A stretch of DNA of 63,250 bases, filler included, from Chiloscyllium plagiosum (taxonomy: Eukaryota), in NCBI RefSeq assembly GCF_004010195.1. It is 4 parts of one record of this genome, joined end to end, with 100 filler letters (N's around TTAATTAATTAA, not from the genome) between each part and the next. Parts side by side here need not be neighbours in the genome. Positions count along the whole stretch, not along the records: positions 28,646 to 50,398 come from NC_057713.1; positions 50,499 to 58,288 come from NC_057713.1; positions 58,389 to 63,250 come from NC_057713.1; 1 more part is not named here. The stretch is one strand, 5' to 3'. The notes beneath the pieces are model-generated. The model was not told the origin of the DNA. It saw only the letters and a program-made list of their open reading frames with translations, and searched no databases. Shown here one piece after another: positions 47,191 through 59,819 of the stretch (position 1 is its first letter; every line of letters starts with the position of its first letter). A program made the translations under genes and the position numbers.

Positions 47191-48399
47191 CATTCAGCCC
47201 ATCGAGTCTGCTCCGTCATTCAATGAGGTCAAGGTTGATCTGATAATCTTCAATTCAACTATCCTGCCTTTTCCGCTTAGCCCTTGATTCCTTTGTTAAC
47301 TTATCTTAGCCATAAGACTATAAGACCATAAGACATAGGAGTGGAAGAAAGGCCATTCGGCCCATCGAGTCCACTCCGCCATTCAATCATGGCTGATGCA
47401 CATTTCAGCTCCACTTACCAGCACCACTGTTAGGAGGTCTATACACAACAGCCTTAAATGTCGTGAACGATCCAGCCTTAGCAGCCTTCTGACGTAAAGA
47501 CTTGCACAAAATCAACACTCACTGAGGGAAAAGAAGAATCATCCTTATCTCTTTCCTATCTGAGCTGCTTAGAGCAGGCCTTTGACAGTCTGAGAAGTAC
47601 AAGAGGCGATCTAGTTGCCCCCTCCCCCTCCCCCCCACTGTGGGTAGACGAGCCTCTGGAGTTTTCTGGAAGGCTGTGATGCTGGCACATGTGGTGTAAA
47701 ATGAGTAGGCATATGGCACCCCCGTCAGAGGGATTGAATGTCCTGGCACAGATAGTGGCAGAGTCCATGGTCTGTGAACACAACAGTCACCAAATGTACA
47801 TAACAAGTGACTTCCTCCAGGGATAGAACTATGATTCCTGAAGCCATGCACACCATCGGCTTATCTCTATGCTTGGGAGCCCAGGCCAAGGGGGAAGCAA
47901 AGAGCTAGGAGTCGCATCAGGGGACAAGTGACCTCGTTGTGGAGGGTGACCAGCAGCTAATGCCAACTGGGGATGCGTTAATGGGTTTCTGCATGCATGA
48001 ATGATATTGTGTCTCAACATCTCCCAAAAAGTAACTGATTTGATCGGTTTGCGTGAGAGTGCAGGGGGATATGTTGTGTTGATGCTCATGGGGTTCAAAC
48101 ATATAATCACAAGTATCAAAATGACTGAGGTGGTTTGGATACTAAAATTGACCAAAACAACAACCTAGTTCTCTTGTAATGAAGGAAGAAGAGAAAGGAA
48201 ACACTAGCCAAGAGGATGTGATCATCTGTTGCGATCTTCACTGGGTTAGAGTCTCCCTTGTTTCATGTCCAGCCAGATGTTCCTTGGTAGGGTCTTTTCT
48301 GTCTGAGGCAGCTCAAGTTCCTCCTCCTTCAACTCCCCATCAGAGCAATGGTTCACTCCACATTACTAATTTTCCAAAAGGGAGTCCTATTCTGCAAGC

Positions 48400-48790
48400 C
48401 ACATATTATAGAGTGCACAAAAAAAATCATGAGGGAACCTCCCACAAGTGTGTACTGCAGAGATCCATCAGATCAAGTGGGGTGTCTGAACCTTATTTTG
48501 TGCCTCTTGTTATATCAATACAAAGATTTACTTCTGGACTCTCAGAAAGCTGTCATGAGCCATGCCTTCAGATGGTACCCTATGACACCCCGCAGCCAGC
48601 CTACCAATGCCTCTGGCCTGGTAAACATGCCTGGTACCTGGAAATTCCTAATGATGTAAGAGTTGTGGCTGCTGCCTGATACTTTAACCCTGGTGGTCAC
48701 AATCCAGCTGGGCATTAATTAAGTAGCACCACTTTCTTATTCAGAATCACCCTGGCTGTCCTGCTGTTCCCTTCATTGCAATGTGTGGGA
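48400..48790 (-). mobile_element. PIF/Harbinger DDE transposase remnant
   Basis: Manual translation: HIAMKG..IRKWCYLINAQLDCDHQ; SGSSHNSYIIRNFQVPGMF..GWLRGVIGYHLKAWLMTAF; DGSLQYT; CALYN. Confidence 0.75.
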
Positions 48791-48821
48791 AATCACTGAC
48801 AACCTGACTTCTTACAATATG

Positions 48822-48964
48822 CCGGGAGTGTGGTGCTGGAAAAGCACAGCAGGTTAGGCAGCATCCGAGCAGCAGGAGAATCGACGCTTTGGGCATAAGC
48901 CCTTCATCAGATTCCTAATTTCTCAATTCTGATCTCCAGCATCTGCAGTTCTCACTTTTTCCTG
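48822..48964. mobile_element. Rearranged Penelope-like mini-element (family A) with 14-bp TSD
   Basis: TSD CTTCTTACAATATG (48808-48821) / CTTCTTAAAATATG (48965-48978). Confidence 0.75.
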
Positions 48965-49059
48965 CTTCTTAAAATATGTGCCAAGGACACAAATCATTTT
49001 CCTCTTCCCATTGGACTATTGTGGTTAAAGTGAAGGCTATGAATTGTGCGAAATGAAAG

Positions 49060-50398
49060 ATGACTTAATACAGTGGCTTGATCCAGGCTGGGTAATGCTC
49101 TGCTAAAACACTGATATACTGCAGCCTGGATTATGCAATACCAATATAGTGATGCGTTCCAGGATGGACTACACAATGTTAATGCTAAGTTACCAGTGGT
49201 CTGCCGCAAGGATCGGTTTTGGGGCCACTACTGTTTGTCATTTTTATAAATGATCTGGATGAGGGCGTAGAAGGATGTGTTGATAACTTTGTGGATGACA
49301 CTAAGGTCGGCAGAGTTGTGGATAGTGCGGAAGGATGTTGTGGATTACAGAGGGACATAGATAAGATGCAGAGCTGGGCTGAGAAGTGGCAAATGAAGTT
49401 TAATGCAGTAAAGTGTGATGTAGTTCACTTTGGAAGAAGTAATAGGAATACAGAGGGGTAATGGTAACATTCTTGGCAGTATAGATGAACAGAGAGATCT
49501 TGGTGTCCTGGTCTATAAATCCCTGAAAGTTGGCATGAGGTTAATAGGGTTGTTAAGAAGATATATGGTGTGTTTGCATTTATTGATAGAGGCTTGAGTT
49601 TAGGAGACACAAAGTCATGCTTCAGCTGTACAAGACACTGCTAAGGCTGCACCTGGAGTATTGCATGCAGTTCTGGTCACCGCATTATAGGATGGATATG
49701 GAAGCTTTGGAAAGGGTTCAGAGGAGATTTACTAGGATGGGCTGAGGGAACGGAAGCTGTTTTCGTTGGATAGAAGAATTTTGAGAGGTGACTGAATCGA
49801 GACCTATAAGATAATCAGAGGGTTAGATAGGGTGGACAGTGAGGGCCTTTTTCCTTGGGTGGTGAAGGCTACTATGAGGGGACATAGCTTTAATTTGAGG
49901 GGTGATGGATATAGGACAGTTATTAGGGGTAGTTTCTTTATTCAGAGAGTAGTAAGGGGTGGTGGAACGGCCTGCCTGTAACATTAGTAGACTCACCGAT
50001 GTTAAGGGCATTTAAATGGGCATTGGACATACATATGGATAATAATGGAACAGCATAGGTTAGATGGGCGTCAGATTATTTTCACAGGTCAGCTCAACAT
50101 TGAGGATCGAAGGGCCTGTACTTAGCTATAACGTTCGAGGTTCTATGTTTTATGTTCGATGTAATGCAGTGATGTGCTGCAGCATGGAGTACCCAATGTT
50201 ACTATAATGATTAGCTCCAAACTTCACTATTTAATGTTAATGCAATATAGTGTGCTGCGGCTTGGACAATAAGTTGTTAATACAGCGACGTAGTCCAGGC
50301 TGGACGATACATTGTTAATACAGTGATGTGCTCCAGGATGGATTATACAATGTTAATACATTGATTTGCTCAGGACTGGACTGTACAATGTTAATACA
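49060..50398 (+). repeat. 38-bp minisatellite split by a CR1 insertion
   Basis: GTTAATAC at 50276, 50314, 50352 and 50390; further units at 49060-49186. Confidence 0.8.
49187..50161 (+). mobile_element. CR1 RT fragment and 3' end
   Basis: GPLLFVIFINDLDEGVEG..FVDDTKVG; possible TSD TAATGC. Confidence 0.9.
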
Positions 50399-50498
50399 NN
50401 NNNNNNNNNNNNNNNNNNNNNNNNNNNNNNNNNNNNNNNNNNTTAATTAATTAANNNNNNNNNNNNNNNNNNNNNNNNNNNNNNNNNNNNNNNNNNNN

Positions 50499-50886
50499 AG
50501 GGCATCAATGTGGATTTCAACAGCTTCCTCATTTCCCCTTCACCCACCTCATCCTAGTTTCTAACCTCCAGCTCAACACTGTCTCCTTGACTTGTCCGAC
50601 CTGCCTAGCTCGTTTTCCACCTATCCACTCCACCCTCTCCTCCCTGACCTATCACCTTCATCTCCTCCCCACTCACCTATTGTACTCTATGCTACTTTCT
50701 CCCCACCCCCACCCTCCTCTAGCTTATCTCTCCATGCTTCAGGCTCTCTGCCTTTATTCCTGATGAAGGGCTTTTGCCCGAAACGTCGATTTTGCTGCTC
50801 GTCGGATGCTGCCTGAACTGCTGTGCTCTTCCAGCACCACTGATCCAGAGTCTGGTTTCCAGCATCTGCAGTCATTGTTTTTACCT
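50499..50886 (+). mobile_element. Penelope-like 3' end with intact hammerhead (50756-50791)
   Basis: GINVDFNSFLISP (end of GIY-YIG ORF); AUUC-CUGAUGA-A-GGGC-UUUU-GCCC-GAAA-CGUC-GAUU. Confidence 0.88.
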
Positions 50887-51157
50887 AGTCAAAGACTAAG
50901 CTACAGCCAGGGGTTGGCCAGTTTTCCCATAATTCCACAAAACCAGATTACCAGATGATGGCAGTGATATCTGAAAGTATGTCACCAGCCCACTCCATGT
51001 GATTCAATTCAAACTAACTTCAGCTAGAGCTGTCAGAATTAACTGAATCCACTGTTCTCTTTGGAAATTCACAAAGCAATACAAATTTTCTCTGAAGTAG
51101 AAGGTAGGAAATCTTATGTCTCATTTGTCACTAAAAGACACCTCTCTCATTTACGAT

Positions 51158-51425
51158 TTGGAGGTGCCAGTGTTGGACTGGGGTGTACAAAGTTAAAAAT
51201 CACCAACAGGTTTATTTGGAAGCACTATCTTTCCTTCACCAGGTGGTTGTGGAGTATAAGATCGTAAGACACAGAATTTATAGCAAAAGTTTACAGTGTG
51301 ACGTAACTGAAATTATATATTGAAAAGACCTGGATTGTTTGTTAAGTCTCTCAAATTTTAGATTGAACATGTTGGTTTCAGTTCTTTAATGTGTAAATCT
51401 CAGAAATTTTTTAAAGTTACATTCT
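51158..51425 (-). mobile_element. Penelope-like terminal repeat (family B), internally deleted
   Basis: GGAGGTGCCAGTGTTGGACTGGGGTGTACAAAGTTAAAAATCAC is the reverse complement of 23485-23530. Confidence 0.7.
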
Positions 51426-51945
51426 GAAGGATGTTGTGAAACTTGAAAGGGTTCAGAAAAGATTTACAAGGATGTTGCCAGGGTTGGAGGATTTGAGCTA
51501 CAGGGAGAGGCTGAACAGGCTGTGGCTGTTTTCCCTGGAGCGTCAGAGGCTGAGGGGTGACCTTATAGTGGTTTATAAAATTATGAGGGGCATGGATAGG
51601 ATAAACAGACAAAGGTCTTTTCCCTGGGATAAGGGATTCCAGAACTAGAGGCCATAGGTTCAGGGTGAGAGGGGAAAGATATAAGAGAGACCTAAGGGGC
51701 AACATTTTCACGCAGAAGGTGATGTGTGTGTGTGGAATGGGCTGCCAGAGGGTGTGGTGGAGGCTAGTATGATTGCAACATTTAAAAAGCATCTAGATCG
51801 GCATATGAATAGGAAGGATTTGGAAGGACATGGGCTGGTTGCTGGCAGATGGGACTAAGATTGGGTTGGGATATTTAGTCGGCATGAACGGGTTGGACCG
51901 ATGGGTCTGTTTCCTTGTTGTAAATCTCTATGACTCTCTGACTTT
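51426..51945 (+). mobile_element. CR1 3' end
   Basis: KLERVQKRFTRMLPGLEDLSYRERLNRL..RLRGDLI. Confidence 0.9.
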
Positions 51946-52659
51946 AAGTGAACGTATATATGGGTGTGTGTGTGTGTGTGTGTTGGGGGGGGGGGGGGGT
52001 GATTATGAGAGAGTGTGTATATTCATATGAGTGTGAGTGTAAAGGGGTATAAGTCTGTGAGAGATTGCATGCGTGCGTGAGTGTGGGAGAGTATGTGTGA
52101 GTGTATTAGTGCTTTTATGACCTCTCAGGATCATCACATTCCCTCTCAGACTTCTCTCCAAAGAGAACAGTCCTAACCTCTACAATCTGTCCTCAATCCT
52201 GAAGTTTCTCATCCCTGGAACCAGTCTTGAAAATCTCATCTGTACCTTCTCTAAAGCATTAATGTCCTTCCCAAAAGATAGTGCCCATTTGGAAGGAGGA
52301 GAAGGAAAGAAAGACGCAAAGTGTATTAAGGAGGGAATTTCAGAGCTTAGCCGCAAAGCAGTGACAGCATTGGATATCAGATATGTGCAAGTGTCAGAAT
52401 TAGAGGGCACAGAGACCTTAATGGGTTGTGGTGCTGGAAGAAGAGGACAAGGCCATGGAAAGATCTGAAAACAAGAGTGAGAATTTTTAAACTGAAGCAT
52501 TGCTTGCTAGGGAGCCAATGTAGGGCTAATGGGGTGAATGGACTGAGTGTAAATTAAGATCCAGACAGTAGGGTTTTAGATGGCAGGCGAGGGGGTAGTT
52601 ACCATTAACCAGAGATTTTCTTGAGTTAAACATGTAACTGTTGGGGATACAAAAGCTAG

Positions 52660-52908
52660 TTATGAGTAAAATAACTCCACAGAGGCCAGTACCCCACCAC
52701 CAATTCCCCCTTTATTTATATGTGGAGAGTACTTGACACTGATCCAGCTCCCTCAGAACCAGCTCTCAGAGTGAGCAGAATCTCTTATATATAAACTCCC
52801 ATTTATATCTGTCAGCCAGGGCTCCCTGATTGGACCAGATTAACAGCCCCAATCAGGAAACTCATATTCTATGAGTTCCAGCTGGTTGACCTCATTCCAT
52901 TCACTACA
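52660..52908 (-). mobile_element. Short LTR-like repeat; related copy at about 58800-59058 (+)
   Basis: Shared AATCAGGGAG(C/G)CCTGG..GACAGATA..GAGCTGG..TAAATAAAGG..GCCT(C/T)TGTG..TTATTT. Confidence 0.55.
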
Positions 52909-53716
52909 AGAGGGTGGGAAATTTGCAATGAGTAGTTGATCTCTCAACTCCTTTCCTCTATTTACAAGACACAAGCAGGAGTGTGATGGAATACGGTCCA
53001 CTTGTCTAGAAGAGTGCAGCTCCACAAACACTCAAGAAGTTGGACACCATCCAGGAGAAAGCAGCTGGCTTGATTGGCACTGTCCAATGAAACTATTCTT
53101 GTTCATTATATTCTTGTACTATTTAGCAGTTCATCACTATGAACTACTTGCTTCTTTAAGTTGATAAATCTTTACTCATGCTTACATCCAGAGGCTAGCA
53201 ATTAACAGGTGTTAGTGGGAATAGTCAAAGGAAAAAGTAGCATGACATTCAGCAAGATCCTGAATTTACACTTAGAGCACTGCAACCTCTCTTAGTTTTT
53301 GTTTTCAGTCCATTAGTGGAGGAGAGGATTCAGAAAACCACTTAATATTTCTGAAGATGATAATTAATCTCAGACATTTAATCAGTTAAATTGCCTCACT
53401 GAATGTTGATTGTGAAAACAGCCTCTACCAACTGATGAAACAGGACAAAATCAGAACATTTAGTAAGTCTGAGGAATAATTTCTAAGTTTTTTTAGTCAA
53501 TTAGACTTACATTCGAAATTTATAACAAATGCAAATTTATTTTACAATTTTACAGAAATTGTACAATGTAAAAATAAGCTTTCTAGAATTTTGCTTTTAG
53601 CTCTGGAAGTTATGGAAACACTTATGATTTCATTTTAATTTACATATTTCAGCATGGAAAAATATGGTGATTGTGCTTTTTAATTCATCTTACTTAAAGC
53701 CAGTGAATCATTGCAA

Positions 53717-53729
53717 GTTGCCTAGCAAC
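53717..53729. promoter_or_regulatory. RFX X-box motif match
   Basis: GTTGCCTAGCAAC matches the palindromic RFX consensus and lies in non-repetitive sequence. Confidence 0.35.
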
Positions 53730-53917
53730 AGGATGATGGTGTGTATCTGCCAGTCAATGCATATCTGACATTTAGTTGAGATTCAATCTGTGTTCTTTTG
53801 TTAACTCCTCAGAAACATAATGGTGATCTACCTAAGACCTCCAGAAGAGCAAGCTAGTAACTAGTCTATCCATAAAAGATAAAATTAAAAGCAACCTGAA
53901 CTACTCAGATAATCTTA

Positions 53918-54345
53918 AATGAGTGCAGCTCCAACAAAGCTCAAGGAGTTTGACACTACCCAGGACAAAGCAGCCCACTTGATTGGCACCACATCCACAA
54001 TAACTCCACTGTCTTTACCATCAACACTCAGCAGCAGCAGTGTGCACCATCTACAAGATGCACTACAGAAATTCACTGAAGCTCCTTAGACAGCACCTTC
54101 CAAACCTACAACCACTACTGTTTAGAAGGACAATGGCAGGAGATACAGGGGAACATCACCACCTGCAAGTTCCCGTCCCATGCACTCACCATCCTGACTT
54201 GGAAATATATCACAATGCCTTCAGTGTTGCTGAGTTAAAGTCATTGAACTCCCTCCCTAACAGCATTGCAGCTCTACCTACATCATATGCACTGCAGCGG
54301 TTCAAGAAAGCAGCTCACTACCATCTTCTCAAGGGCAACTTGCAG
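53918..54345 (+). mobile_element. Old L2/CR1-clade LINE 3' fragment
   Basis: GAGTGCAGCTCCAACA..CAGGACAAAGCAGCCCACTTGATTGGCACC..VCTIYKMH; related pieces at 15452-15610, 52940-53085 and 61900-62220 (-). Confidence 0.7.
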
Positions 54346-54587
54346 GAGAGGTGTTGAGCTAGTGGCATTATCACGGGACTATTAATCCAGGGATCCAAAT
54401 AATGTTCTGGATTTAAAATATAGAATTAAGAGTCTAATGATGACTGTGAACAATTGTCAAAAGTTTTTATTTTCACAACATACAATAACATTTTAAAACT
54501 CTGTTTTCTGAACAAAACTCTGCACTGAGGGAATCTTTCCTCATCAACTCATCTTTTTGTTTGAATTGATCTGTTATAAAAACAAGT

Positions 54588-54882
54588 GGGCGGCACGGTG
54601 GCACAGTGGTTAGCACTGCTGCCTCACAGGTTCAATTCCCGCCTCAGGCGACTGACTGTGTGGAGTTTGCACGTTCTCCCCGTGTCTGCGTGGGTTTCCT
54701 CCGGGTGCTCCGGTTTCCTCCCACCATCCAAAGGTGTGCAGGGTCAGGTGAATTGGCCATACTAAATTGCCTGTAGTGTTAGGTAAGGGGTAAATGTAGG
54801 GGTATGGGTGGGTTTCGCTTCGGCGGGCCGGTGAGGACTTGTTGGGCCGAAGGGCCTGTTTCAACACTGTAATCTAATCTAA
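54588..54882 (+). mobile_element. HE1-type SINE with a short deletion between the A and B boxes
   Basis: GGGCGGCACGGTGGCACAGTGG..CTCACAGGTTCAATTCC; TAATC tail; possible TSD AAGTG. Confidence 0.93.
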
Positions 54883-55049
54883 AGTGAACAAGTGCTTTAT
54901 TTGTGGTGATAGTTTTGTGTAAGTGTATTCAGCGCTTCAAATTACTTAGAATTACGCAGATTAAACCTTTCAAGCCTTTTTCTATTCCCTTTTCTGTCTT
55001 GCCCTCATTTTTTGAAAACAACTCATCCATATTGGTGTGCAGTAAGTTA

Positions 55050-55372
55050 TAGTGGCTCAGTGGCTAGCATTGCTGCCTCACAGCGCCAGGAACCTGGGTT
55101 CGATCCCAGCCTCGGGCAACTGCCTGTGTGGGGTTTGCACATTCTCCCTATGTCCGTGTGGATTTCCTCTGGGTGCTCCAGTTTCCTCTCACAATCCAAA
55201 GATGTGCAGATTAGGTGAATTGTCCATAGTGTTCCAGAATGTGTAGGTTGTGTGCATTAGTCAGGGGTAAATGTGGAGTAATAGGGTAGGGGAATGGAAA
55301 GTCTTTGGAAAGTCTGTGTGGACTTGTTGGGCCGAAGGGCCTGTTTCTACACTGTAGGGATTCTATGATTTT
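55050..55372 (+). mobile_element. HE1-type SINE (older)
   Basis: A/B boxes, V-domain and CR1-like tail. Confidence 0.85.
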
Positions 55373-55674
55373 AAGTTCCACATTCTAAAAGCTCTCTGAG
55401 TAAAATAAACTCTCATGACTTTTTTTTCTATTGGATTCATTCATAACTATTATATTTTTAAGACCATGAGAAAGAGGAAGAGGAGTAGGTTCCCAAGCCT
55501 ACTCTGCTGTTCAATAGGATCATGGTTGATTCAAAAGTACTCATATCCACTTCCCTGCCCTTTCCCTATAACCCTTGATTCCTCTACTAATCAAGAATTG
55601 CATCTATTTCAGCTTTAAATATATACAAGGACCCTGCCCCCACATCCCTCTGTGTCAAGGAGTTCCAAAGATTC

Positions 55675-56010
55675 TAATTTAGATTCTCGGGGGTGGATAG
55701 CCAGTGTCTTTTTCCCACAGTGGAAGTGACAAATACCAGGGATTTATGGTGAGAGGGAAAAGTTTAAAGGAGCTGTGTGAGGCAAGATTTTTTATGCAGA
55801 GGTTGGAAGGTGCCTGGAACACATGGCCAGGGGAGTTAAGAGAAGCAGATACATTAACAAAGTTAAGAGGCATTTAGATAGACACATGAACAGGCAAGGA
55901 ATTGAGGGATACGGACAACCTGCAGGCAGATGAGATTCATCTAGAATTGCATCATGGTTAGTACATACGTGGTGGGCCAAAGGGTCTGTTCCTGTGCTGT
56001 ACAAATCGAT
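55675..56010 (+). mobile_element. CR1 3' end
   Basis: GGTGAGAGGGAAAAGTTTAAAGG..GGGCCAAAGGGTCTGTTCCTGTGCTGTAC. Confidence 0.75.
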
Positions 56011-57357
56011 GTGATATTAATAGGTTGATTAGAAAGTATCTACCCTGAGGTATTGTGATGGGGTGCTGATGTGGTACAGTGGTAATGTACCTACCACTGA
56101 GACAGGAAACCCAGGCTCAAGACCCATCTGCCTCAGATTTGTGACATGGCTTGTGTGAACAGACTGAGTAAAGAAAAGCTTACCCTGAGGTACTCCTTCA
56201 GAGTTGTCCTGGAACTGAGATGGCAGACCACAACCGTCTTCCTTGGTGTTAGATTCGACTGCAACCAATGGAGAGGTTTCCCCCAATTCACACTGATTTC
56301 CTAGAGCTTGACTCAACAATTGACCAGGTGATGACTGCAGCCAATTTTAAGTTTGTGTCTTCCCCCTTTTTAAAACAATTTCAACCCATTTCCAAGGTAT
56401 GGAAATCAGATGGTGGATATTGAAAATTGATCATCCATATTTTACCAATATATGATAATTTGGTAGCGTGTTTGACAGAAACATTACTTCTTCGTGTTAG
56501 AATTCACAAAATAAGAAATCATTCTTAATCCCTGCCTCAAATCCTTTTCTTTTGTGGGGCCTAGGGAGGCCTGGGCAAACATGTTGAAAACAACTTTTTC
56601 ATTTCAATTTGGGCTTATTGGCTGAAGCTGAATTTGTAAAGTAGGTATGCCTGAGCAAGAAAGAAGACAGCTTGGTGTTGTCAAAAAGAGGTTAGGTCAA
56701 AGTAAGGAGTTTAGTATATTTCTAAACCAGAGTGGTCAAAATTGGGAACAGGTTATTTGAAGCTGAGAAAGTTTAATCTCAGTTATATGATAAATCAATG
56801 AAGAGACGACCAGATTTTCATAAGCAGGAATGGAGGCTGCAGCTAAGTCTATTCTTATGTGAGACAGAGAAGGGCATTCTCTGTCATGTTGAGTACAATA
56901 AAAAGATTTTAAGTTTAATGGATTGTATTTTCACTCTGTGTTTCAAAATCTTTCAATACATGTCATATGGCTTATTCTGTTTTATCTTTTTTTACATAAT
57001 AAACTTATTTTATTGTTAAAAACAAATCTGCAACAATATATTGTTTTGCCTCAGTTAGAGACCATGTTAAAACCAAATGAAATTAAAATGTAATCTATCA
57101 AAGCAGATTGCTGTCTGATTTGCCCAGTTCTAGTATCAGCTGAGATTTGGCAGAACACCTGAATTCACTGGGTTTAATAGGGAGTTGTGTCTTTCTTTTC
57201 ATAATAAAGGGTACATTATGGTTCTGGGCATAAAACAGTTGTATCGTGGTAAAGGTTATTGCACAGGAATTTGAATGTTAAAAAGAGTTTTCTGAAAGTG
57301 GAAAATACCAAAGCAGATTATTTGAAACTTTGACTAAAGCTAAACTGAGAGAGTGAT

Positions 57358-57560
57358 TTTTGAGAAGATTTGTAGCCCAGATTGATGATAAGTGTGTAAG
57401 TTAGCTCACTGAGCTTGCAGGTTCATTTTCAAATGTTTCGTTGCCATACTAGGTAACATCATCAGTGAGGGTCTCCGGTGAAGCGCTGGTGGTATGTCCT
57501 GCCTCTCTATTTATACGTCTTGGTTTCTTAAAGTAGGTGATGTCATTTCAGGTTCTTTCT
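57358..57560 (-). mobile_element. Putative Penelope-like terminal repeat (family D) with hammerhead at 57429-57468
   Basis: Minus strand UCA-CUGAUGA-U-GUUACC-UAGUAU-GGCAAC-GAAA-CAUU-UGA. Confidence 0.6.
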
Positions 57561-57571
57561 AAATCAGTGTG

Positions 57572-58288
57572 TTTTTTTTTATAATATATTTTTATTAAGA
57601 AAAAATAGATTTTTAAATATTACAACAAATACAAAACAATGCAATTCAAAACAGTACAAAAATAGTACAAAACTAAACCCAAATAATAAAAACAAAATTA
57701 CCCAACCCACCCTCCTATACGAATGTATAAACATATATAGAGAAGTATAAAATTTTTTTAAAACCCTAAACTAGCTATTTAACTAATTAAATAAATACCT
57801 AACAACAAACAAATAAATAGTAATAACTCAGCCCAGCCAAACAAAACACTCATACATTCACAATTCCTCCTCCCTGGATATTGGACACATGAAACACAAT
57901 CATTACAGCTATATAAAAGCCCTTGTTAGTGTGGCAGATAAATCTGTGTCCAGGTATTTCAAAAAGGGTTGCCATGTCTTGTAAAAATTCTCAGTTTTGT
58001 GGTGTACCATATTTGTGAGAAAATCCAGGGGAATATACTCCATAACAATCTTCCGCCAAGCCGACAGGCCTGGGGTTTTTTTCGGATATCCAACCTAGCA
58101 AGATATTCTTCTTTGCACAGAATATAAGAATATTGAAAGAATTTTTCTTATGCGAGTCTGCAGGAAATACAATGGGTAGGCCCAAAAGGAGAGAAATAGG
58201 GTCCTTCTCCAACCCTACACCTAAAATCCTCTCCATTGCACCCACCACAGCGCTCCAATATGTTTGAAGCCTGTCACAAGACCAAAGA
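57572..58288 (-). mobile_element. L1-clade LINE 3' end (ORF2 C-terminus, 3' UTR, poly(A))
   Basis: LWSCDRLQTYWSAVVGAMERILG..DPISLLLG..CAKKNILLGW; minus-strand AATAAA then A-tail at about 57572-57580. Confidence 0.82.
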
Positions 58289-58388
58289 NNNNNNNNNNNN
58301 NNNNNNNNNNNNNNNNNNNNNNNNNNNNNNNNTTAATTAATTAANNNNNNNNNNNNNNNNNNNNNNNNNNNNNNNNNNNNNNNNNNNN

Positions 58389-58655
58389 GGAACGGCTGCA
58401 GGGGGTCCCTGCACTGGCTGCTTCCTCCCAGTCCCCCTCACTGTCACCCATCTATCTGCCATCTTTGGAGTTACTACTTCCCTAAAGCTCCGATCTATGA
58501 CTCCCTCTACCTCCCGAATGATCCTAAGTTCATCCAACTCCAGCTCCAGTTCCCTAACACGTCTTGGAGGAGCTGGAGATGGGTGCACTTCCTGCAAGTG
58601 TAATCAGCAGGGACGTCCATGGCATCCCTCACCTCAAACATGTTGCAAGAGTCCC
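58389..58655 (-). mobile_element. CR1 ORF1 N-terminal fragment (zinc-finger-like motif plus coiled coil)
   Basis: SCNMFEVRD..YTCRKCTHLQLLQD-RVRELELELDELRIIRE..DRWVTVR; one frameshift. Confidence 0.85.
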
Positions 58656-59819
58656 AGGAAAGGAAGGTGATCAACCAGAACAGATCGGGCAGCACATAAC
58701 AGAGTGGCTCATGAGAGGGAGTTTTAAGGCCAGATAAATACAAGTGAAAAATTGTAATTCATTGTGAATTTTAATGAGTTTTGCTGATTCATATCTTGGG
58801 AGGTGTGCAGACTTAATGTGCGCCATAGGGCATTTTATCCCAGTCTATTACCAAGTGGATCTCATTGACAATGAGATCTTTGATTTTGGTTGTTAACCTG
58901 CATCAATCAGGGAGGCCTGGAAGACAGATACAAACAGGAGATTCAGAAAGTCTCCTCAGAGACTGGCTTTGAGCTGGCTGGTCAAAGCCCATATACTGCG
59001 TACATGTAAATAAAGGTTGCCTTGGTAACAGGATACCAGCCTTTGTGCATTTATTTCAATTACCCAACAGAAGCATGTTTTAATTCTGGATATTGGAAGT
59101 TTGTTGTACATGTATTGTAAATCATATCACTGTTCTGATTTTGCTTTGTAAGGTTTATTGTTGTTTGTTCAGAACCGTGGAATCTTATGGCCCTATTTTG
59201 CTAATAAGTCCCCTGGATCTTGCAATTCATCTGCTTTAAAAATAAAAGCTCTTGGTCCCTAGCCAGGACACAACACAAATACAATGTTCTGGTGTAGGTT
59301 TGTAACAGCATTGAAGAAAAGTTTTCACCAGGGATTCTGATATTGTGATAAGATGTACATTCCTGTGGAGATACATAAACCCTCTTGGTGTCAGGTACAA
59401 TTTGTAACCGAACATAGTTATTCACTTGGCCTGACTTACGGCTTCCTTGGCAGTGTGGACTTTACTAATCATTCTCTCTTGCTTACTGCCAGTAAGTCAA
59501 GGTCACTTGACTCAATTTTTATTTTAAACTTGGAAATTAGCAAGATTTCATCCAATTTACTAACGGTTGTAACTTATCTTGCAGAGATCTGGATAAAGCT
59601 GGAAACTAAAATAAAATGAACATCTTCTGCTGAAAAGTTTCTTTAGTTATTTCACAAAAATCCACACAACTGTCAATCCTCCAATCCAGTCTTCATTGCA
59701 CAGTAAGCAATCCAACAGGCGGTGTCATTGAGTCATAGAGTTCTAAGGTCTAGAGTATCTATGCTGAAAAACAATGAGATTAAAAAGATGGACCACAGAC
59801 TAAATGACAGAATCTTGCA

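Noticed and set aside
49060..50398. CRISPR-like array (38-bp period; also the 32-bp units at 7290-8600)
   Set aside because: Whole units are repeated with no unique spacers, there are no cas genes, and the context is vertebrate.
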